From contig JBNPEG010000052.1 in the NCBI GenBank assembly GCA_051117555.1, forward strand, positions 1 through 46,475: DNA of 46,475 nt. The letters run 5' to 3'. This stretch comes from Elainellaceae cyanobacterium. GTDB lineage: Bacteria > Cyanobacteriota > Cyanobacteriia > CAZCXK01. Both the position numbers and the translations under genes were made by a program. Shown here piece after piece: positions 41,571-46,475 of the stretch (position 1 is the first letter of the stretch; each line of letters starts with the position of its first letter). Below the pieces are notes generated by a model that was not told the origin of the DNA, made no database searches, and saw nothing but the letters and a program-made list of their open reading frames with translations.

Positions 41571-41843
41571 CCCACATTTTCTACTGTCGTCAAACCGGTT
41601 GGACAGACTCGATCAGCACAGCTTGGATACGCCATACGCAGTGCCTTTACGGATTTGTTCAAATGTTACATCTGAGTCCGTATTAATATGGAAAACTTCA
41701 GGTGAGTTGCCGACTCATCTTCATCTAAAGTTCAGAAAAAGCCCCGATCTTTTTGAAGAGTCTTAACCTACCCCTTCCAGAGAAAAACTAATATTCATTA
41801 AAGCTACGCCCAGTCCCATTAAACCTTTTGTATCTGCTGGATT

Positions 41844-42920
41844 ATGTTATCTCCACAGAAATTACTGTTCACCACTATTGCCAGTCTGTTAACAGCCTCT
41901 GTCTCGTTACCGTCTTGGGCTCTCCCATTGTCACCCGGCGATCGCGTGCGAATCTCGGTTCCGGGTGATCAAGAGCTGCCAGAGGTTTACCGCTTCTCCG
42001 GTATCTACGAAGTGAACCTAGACGGATATCTCCAAATTCCATATCTTCGCCCCATGCCCGTCGCGGGTCTGGAACTGGAGCAAGTTGAGCAAGAGTTGGC
42101 ATCTGCATTTATTGGCGGCGGCTTTTTTCGGGCCGAAACGCTACAGTTGAGCGCTGACATTCTGCAATGGGCACCGATTCAAGTTAACGTCTCAGGAGAA
42201 ACCTTTGTTCCCGGACGAGTCTATACGGGGGCTCGTCTAGAAAGCGAACCGATTACGGCTCTAGGAAATGTCACCCCCACTAATGTATCGGGCAACTATG
42301 CGCCAAGTCGGTATCTCACCGAAGCGATTCGCCTTGCCGGTGGGGTGAAGCCGACGGCAGATGTTCGCAATGTGCGCATAATTCGCGGCGACCAAGAGCA
42401 GGTTGTCGATTTATCCGGCGTTTTTACCGGCGAACCCGTCGAAGATATTGCACTCATTTCGGGCGATCGCGTCATTATCGAAGATACGGGCACATTTCAA
42501 AACGAGCTTGTTCGTCCGTCTCAAATTACGCCCAGTGCGATCGCAGTTTTTCTTTCAAACCAAACCGTTCCTCGCGGGGGAGGGGCCACGGGCGGAGAAG
42601 TTGCTCAACTCGAATATGGCACCCGGTTTTCTCAGGCCGCTATTGGTTCATTCTGCGGCGGCGGAACCCGCTCAGTCAATGCCAATCGTCGAGTTGCCCT
42701 CGTAAGGACAGATCGCACAACTGGCGAAACATCAGCGGTCGAGCGTAAAATTGAGGACATCATCGATGACTCTAGCAACAACGAAGATAATCCCTATCTG
42801 ATGCCAGGAGATGGCATTGTCTGCTACGACTCACGAGTGACCAATATTTCAGCCATTTTTGACTTCATCGGCAATATCTTTGCACCAGTCCGGATTTTAG
42901 ACCAGATCTTCTTTGATTAG
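41844..42920 (+). CDS. wza: Polysaccharide biosynthesis/export protein (Wza-like, SLBB domains)
   Basis: LSPGDRVRI, DG.LQIPYL, AIRLAGGV, NPYLMPGDGI. Confidence 0.85.
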   Translation: MLSPQKLLFTTIASLLTASVSLPSWALPLSPGDRVRISVPGDQELPEVYRFSGIYEVNLDGYLQIPYLRPMPVAGLELEQVEQELASAFIGGGFFRAETLQLSADILQWAPIQVNVSGETFVPGRVYTGARLESEPITALGNVTPTNVSGNYAPSRYLTEAIRLAGGVKPTADVRNVRIIRGDQEQVVDLSGVFTGEPVEDIALISGDRVIIEDTGTFQNELVRPSQITPSAIAVFLSNQTVPRGGGATGGEVAQLEYGTRFSQAAIGSFCGGGTRSVNANRRVALVRTDRTTGETSAVERKIEDIIDDSSNNEDNPYLMPGDGIVCYDSRVTNISAIFDFIGNIFAPVRILDQIFFD

Positions 42921-42980
42921 AAACAAGCTTTCTCTGACTATTGAGTCTTTGACTATCGAGCAAGTTCAGCAGCGTCCACT

Positions 42981-44426
42981 GTGCAAACTATGATTTATTC
43001 TGAATCGTCACACTTAAAAGCATCTCAAAGCGTTTGGCAGCGATATCTCATCGTGGGAATCGTTGCAAATGTGATTCTTTGGACAGCATCCCTGATCTTT
43101 ATCAAAGCTGCCAAGCCAACCTATGTAAGCGAGTGGTCGGTGACTTTACCAGGAGGCGGGGTGAATAGCAACGTCAATCTCCCCCAAATTGGTTCAGCCG
43201 ATACGACATCGTCAACCCCATTCAACAACGTCAACCGTGATCCCCGCGAAAACTATAAATTCTTAATTACCAGTCGCCCTGTCATTGAGTCGGCTGCGTC
43301 TCTAATGGGAGTTCCGGCTGAGGAGTTTGGGAAACCTCAGGTTGACATTATCGAAAACACAACGTTGATGAGTTTCTCAATTGAGGGAGAAAGCCCTGAG
43401 CGCGCTCAAGAGAAAGCATTCGCCCTCAACGAAGCGTTTCGAGAGCGCCTGGAAAGCCTGAGAGACCAAGAGGCTCAGCAGCAAGATTCAGGTGCACGAG
43501 CAATTTTGGAAGATTCTCAGGAAAGACTCCAACTGGCACAGCAGCGACTCTCAGAATTCAAGGCTCAAACTGGGTTCGCTGATGAAGCGCAAATTCAGCA
43601 GCTTTCCGGCAATATTGAAGCCTTACGACGCGATCAGGCTACGACCCTGGCGCAGCAACAGCAATCTAGAGCTCGGCTCGGTCAGCTATCTTCCAATCTA
43701 AACGTATCTCCTGCTCAGGCAACCGTAGCGTTTTCGTTACGAGAAGATCGGCTTTTTCAAGAAAACTTATTGAACTACAGCGAAACATCAGCCAACTTTG
43801 AATTACTCAGCTCCCAGTTAGGTCCCAATCATCCTGCTGTCGTTGCCGCACGCAGTGAGAGAGATTCTGCTGAATCAGCGATGATGAGGCGAGGTCGCCA
43901 GATTTTAGGAGAAGCCGCTAACGCAGACACATTGACACAGCTTAACCTGAGTGGTCAAGATGGCTCGACGAGAGCTGGCTTGTTTGAAGAGACAGTCATT
44001 GCTCAGGTTGACCAGCAAGGGCTAGCGGCGCAGGCGAATGAGCTTGGACGACAGGTTTCCCAAATGGAGGATCGACTGCGTCAGCTTAGCGAGTATGGCT
44101 CTACGTTAGAATCTCTCAGACGCGATTTAACTATTGCTGAAGCTATTTTCTCGTCAACTCTGACGCGCCTTGATTTAGGGAGAAACGATGTATTTGGCTC
44201 GTATCCCCTCATCCAACTGCTCACTGAACCCACGATTCCAGAAGAAACTGCATCTCCCAAAATTCCGTTTGTTCTCTTAGGGACAGCGGCAGGTTCAGTG
44301 CTAATCACAGCAGGAATCATCTTGCTTTGGCTTCGTCATCGCATGCTTATCAAGCAGTCTGACAAAGAGATTGAACTCATCACTCTCGATAAAGATCCTC
44401 AACTTAATAAAGTAGAGCGTCCGTGA
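42981..44426 (+). CDS. GumC/Wzc-like polysaccharide co-polymerase without kinase domain
   Basis: Two TM segments flanking a long coiled coil, NHPAV motif, Pro-rich EPTIPE..SP before TM2. Confidence 0.85.
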   Translation: MQTMIYSESSHLKASQSVWQRYLIVGIVANVILWTASLIFIKAAKPTYVSEWSVTLPGGGVNSNVNLPQIGSADTTSSTPFNNVNRDPRENYKFLITSRPVIESAASLMGVPAEEFGKPQVDIIENTTLMSFSIEGESPERAQEKAFALNEAFRERLESLRDQEAQQQDSGARAILEDSQERLQLAQQRLSEFKAQTGFADEAQIQQLSGNIEALRRDQATTLAQQQQSRARLGQLSSNLNVSPAQATVAFSLREDRLFQENLLNYSETSANFELLSSQLGPNHPAVVAARSERDSAESAMMRRGRQILGEAANADTLTQLNLSGQDGSTRAGLFEETVIAQVDQQGLAAQANELGRQVSQMEDRLRQLSEYGSTLESLRRDLTIAEAIFSSTLTRLDLGRNDVFGSYPLIQLLTEPTIPEETASPKIPFVLLGTAAGSVLITAGIILLWLRHRMLIKQSDKEIELITLDKDPQLNKVERP

Positions 44427-44544
44427 TTCAACGTACGCGTAATACCTCAGTGCAAGTCTCAAACTGTTCATATTCCTCAAGGCGAAGGCTCGATGCCTCT
44501 GCAAGGACGGGACAGAGATGTCAGGAAATCTACGGCCTACTCCC

Positions 44545-45807
44545 ATGAAACCTCAAAACTTTCCCGAATCTCTGATTTGGTATTCAATGATCTTGACCTA
44601 TCTGCTTTATCTGGTAGGCGGTCTTTATGTCTTAGGACCTGTTCTCGCATTTGTACTGCTTGGCTATTTAGTCTATCGATGGTGGTATCAAAATGACTCG
44701 ACGCCCGAAACAGAGCGAATCGAAATTCCCTGGATTATTTGGGTTTGGGTCACAGGAATGCTGGTCGAACTCGTCGCGTTAGTCGTTGCTCACCTAAATT
44801 TTGATTTGGGCACCAGCACGATGATTAAGTCTTCGATTGGTTGGGCAAAGGGCTGGGCGCTTCTGGCAATTTTTCCGATGATTGGGTGTTTGAATATCCG
44901 CCCCGAGGTGATTTATCGAGCCACGTGTATTGTGGGTTTGCAAACGATTATTGTCACCCCCTTCTTATATTTGTCCAATTTCATCGGATTGAGGAGCCTG
45001 CTGTATACGTCTCCGCTCAGTGTCTTGGCAGATCCGCTGTTTTTCCAAGTGCGTCTCTTTTTCGCAGATTTTGAGGGATTTCGCTTAACATACTTTGCGC
45101 CTTGGTCCCCCGCAGCCGGGATGATGGGCAATATTTATTTCTTCCTAGCACTGCAAGATAAAGATCCAAAATGGCGATGGATAGGGATAGCTGGAAGTCT
45201 ATTGATGTGTTTTCTGTCAAAGGCTAGAGCAGCACCGTTAGGTTTGGTCTGTGTGGCGATCGCCGTCGTTACGGTACGATATCTTGCCAAGCCCGTGTTC
45301 CTAATTTTACTGGGCGCAACCACAACCGTTGCTGGAATGATTGCCCCTATGCTGATTAGCGCTGCTAATGCATATTGGTCAAATTTTAGATCGGCTAGGG
45401 CAAACTCAACGCGCGTCCGAGAAACGCTGCAAGAAATTGCTTTATATCGATGGTGGAATGAAGCTCCGATCTGGGGACATGGGGTAGTAGAGAGAGGCCC
45501 CAAGCTCGTCGAGTTTAAACCAATTGGGACGCACCATACGATATTTTCTCTCCTTTTTGTCAAAGGAATCGTCGGGCTGATTGCGTTTGCCATTCCTATG
45601 GTGTTGAGCATTATTGATTTAGTCATCAGGGCTCAACGAAGCAGAACTGCACTAGTCGGATTCAGTGTTATTCTTCTCATGACTTTCTACTCTCTCTCTG
45701 CAAATCTGGAAGTCCTTGCCTATTTATTTTGGCCTGGTCTAGTGGTGATGGGAATTGCGTTTGCAGAAAAGTATGACAAACCCCTCGTCAGAAGCTTAGT
45801 CGAGTAA
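44545..45807 (+). CDS. O-antigen ligase / Wzy-like polymerase
   Basis: Multi-TM protein with FAPWSPAAG, SKAR, PIWGHG, IGTHHT...LLFVKG.VG; follows wza and GumC. Alternative start at 44518. Confidence 0.85.
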   Translation: MKPQNFPESLIWYSMILTYLLYLVGGLYVLGPVLAFVLLGYLVYRWWYQNDSTPETERIEIPWIIWVWVTGMLVELVALVVAHLNFDLGTSTMIKSSIGWAKGWALLAIFPMIGCLNIRPEVIYRATCIVGLQTIIVTPFLYLSNFIGLRSLLYTSPLSVLADPLFFQVRLFFADFEGFRLTYFAPWSPAAGMMGNIYFFLALQDKDPKWRWIGIAGSLLMCFLSKARAAPLGLVCVAIAVVTVRYLAKPVFLILLGATTTVAGMIAPMLISAANAYWSNFRSARANSTRVRETLQEIALYRWWNEAPIWGHGVVERGPKLVEFKPIGTHHTIFSLLFVKGIVGLIAFAIPMVLSIIDLVIRAQRSRTALVGFSVILLMTFYSLSANLEVLAYLFWPGLVVMGIAFAEKYDKPLVRSLVE

Positions 45808-46004
45808 TCTGATTCCCGCAAAACGCTGGTCATCCTTTTACTATATTGATGTCTGTTAACTGAAACGGACATCAATTTCTATAGGGTCGTGTGTGCTTGA
45901 GTTAAGTGCGATCGTGGATGCTTTATATCGCCATGTTTATGTTGGGGCAGTTTTCAAATTGAGATCTCCATAAACAAGGGCTCAAGCCCCTTGCTTATTT
46001 ATGA

Positions 46005-46111
46005 TAGAACTTACGCAATTCACGATAGTTTACCTCCTAGCCTTCCAATTTGGGAGGCATCGCATTGAAAGTCTCCCCACATAGAGTAAAGGGGCAAACG
46101 CATAAGTCCTG
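46005..46111. mobile_element. MITE-like element with AGGACTTACGCA-type terminal inverted repeats
   Basis: Left end TAGAACTTACGCAATT; reverse complement of right end CAGGACTTATGCGTTT; no clear target duplication. Adjacent hairpin CAAGGGCTCAAGCCCCTTG at about 45975-45993. Confidence 0.65.
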
Positions 46112-46475
46112 CATGGTTCAGGATAGCTATACTTCAAATCTCATTGATTTGGGGTCAGCATTGGGCTTGATACATACTTTACTAACAGGGATCTAAATTA
46201 CAGATCACATAAAACGTCAAAAGAGAAATCTTTTCGAGACGACTGACGCACTAAGCTATCAAGTGACAGTCTGATTATTTGAGTTATCTACATGGGTTCC
46301 AGAAGACTCTCGTGAGGCGGTATCGGTCAATAGCCTAGCTGAATCGAATCTTAGGATCGTGGATTAAATAAGCTGTAATTCCACCTTCTGCATCTGTAAG
46401 CTAGAGAAGTAGACGATGAGCCGGAAAACCAATGCGCCCCTACCCTGCTCCCATTGAAGCTCAAATGCAACGGTA

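Overview
Cyanobacterial chromosomal window: the HIP1 octamer GCGATCGC is very frequent and there are typical cyanobacterial genes (petF, bvdR, sbtAB, smtAB, 6S RNA). The first ~5.1 kb is an accessory block next to the 3' end of putA. It holds an AT-rich, HIP1-free 1001-aa membrane protein whose C-terminal ~280 aa look by eye like an HK97/encapsulin capsid fold. It also holds two PIN-type toxin-antitoxin pairs, each bracketed by clusters of a 27-bp HIP1-anchored tandem repeat, giving a cassette-array-like layout. The rest is mostly core genome: putA, an HhH-GPD glycosylase, tRNA-Lys(UUU), aldose epimerase, a degenerate CapA-like protein, a pentapeptide protein, bvdR, petF, egtCBD, NTRC, 6S RNA, an SDR, a deleted pseudogene, a HutX-like gene, sbtA-sbtB (preceded by a CmpA/NrtA-like Tat-leader remnant and an ATAG-N8-CTAT LysR box), a zinc locus (smtB/smtA, znuB/znuA with Zur box, no ATPase), alkaline/neutral invertase, a divergent LRAT + STAND-WD40 pair, GST, a truncated SDR, a CPHC redoxin, an SLH protein, an alpha/beta hydrolase and a wza-GumC-O-antigen ligase/polymerase EPS cluster. 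Several MITE- and REP-like elements are scattered between genes. All family calls come from motif recognition by eye; no searches were run.
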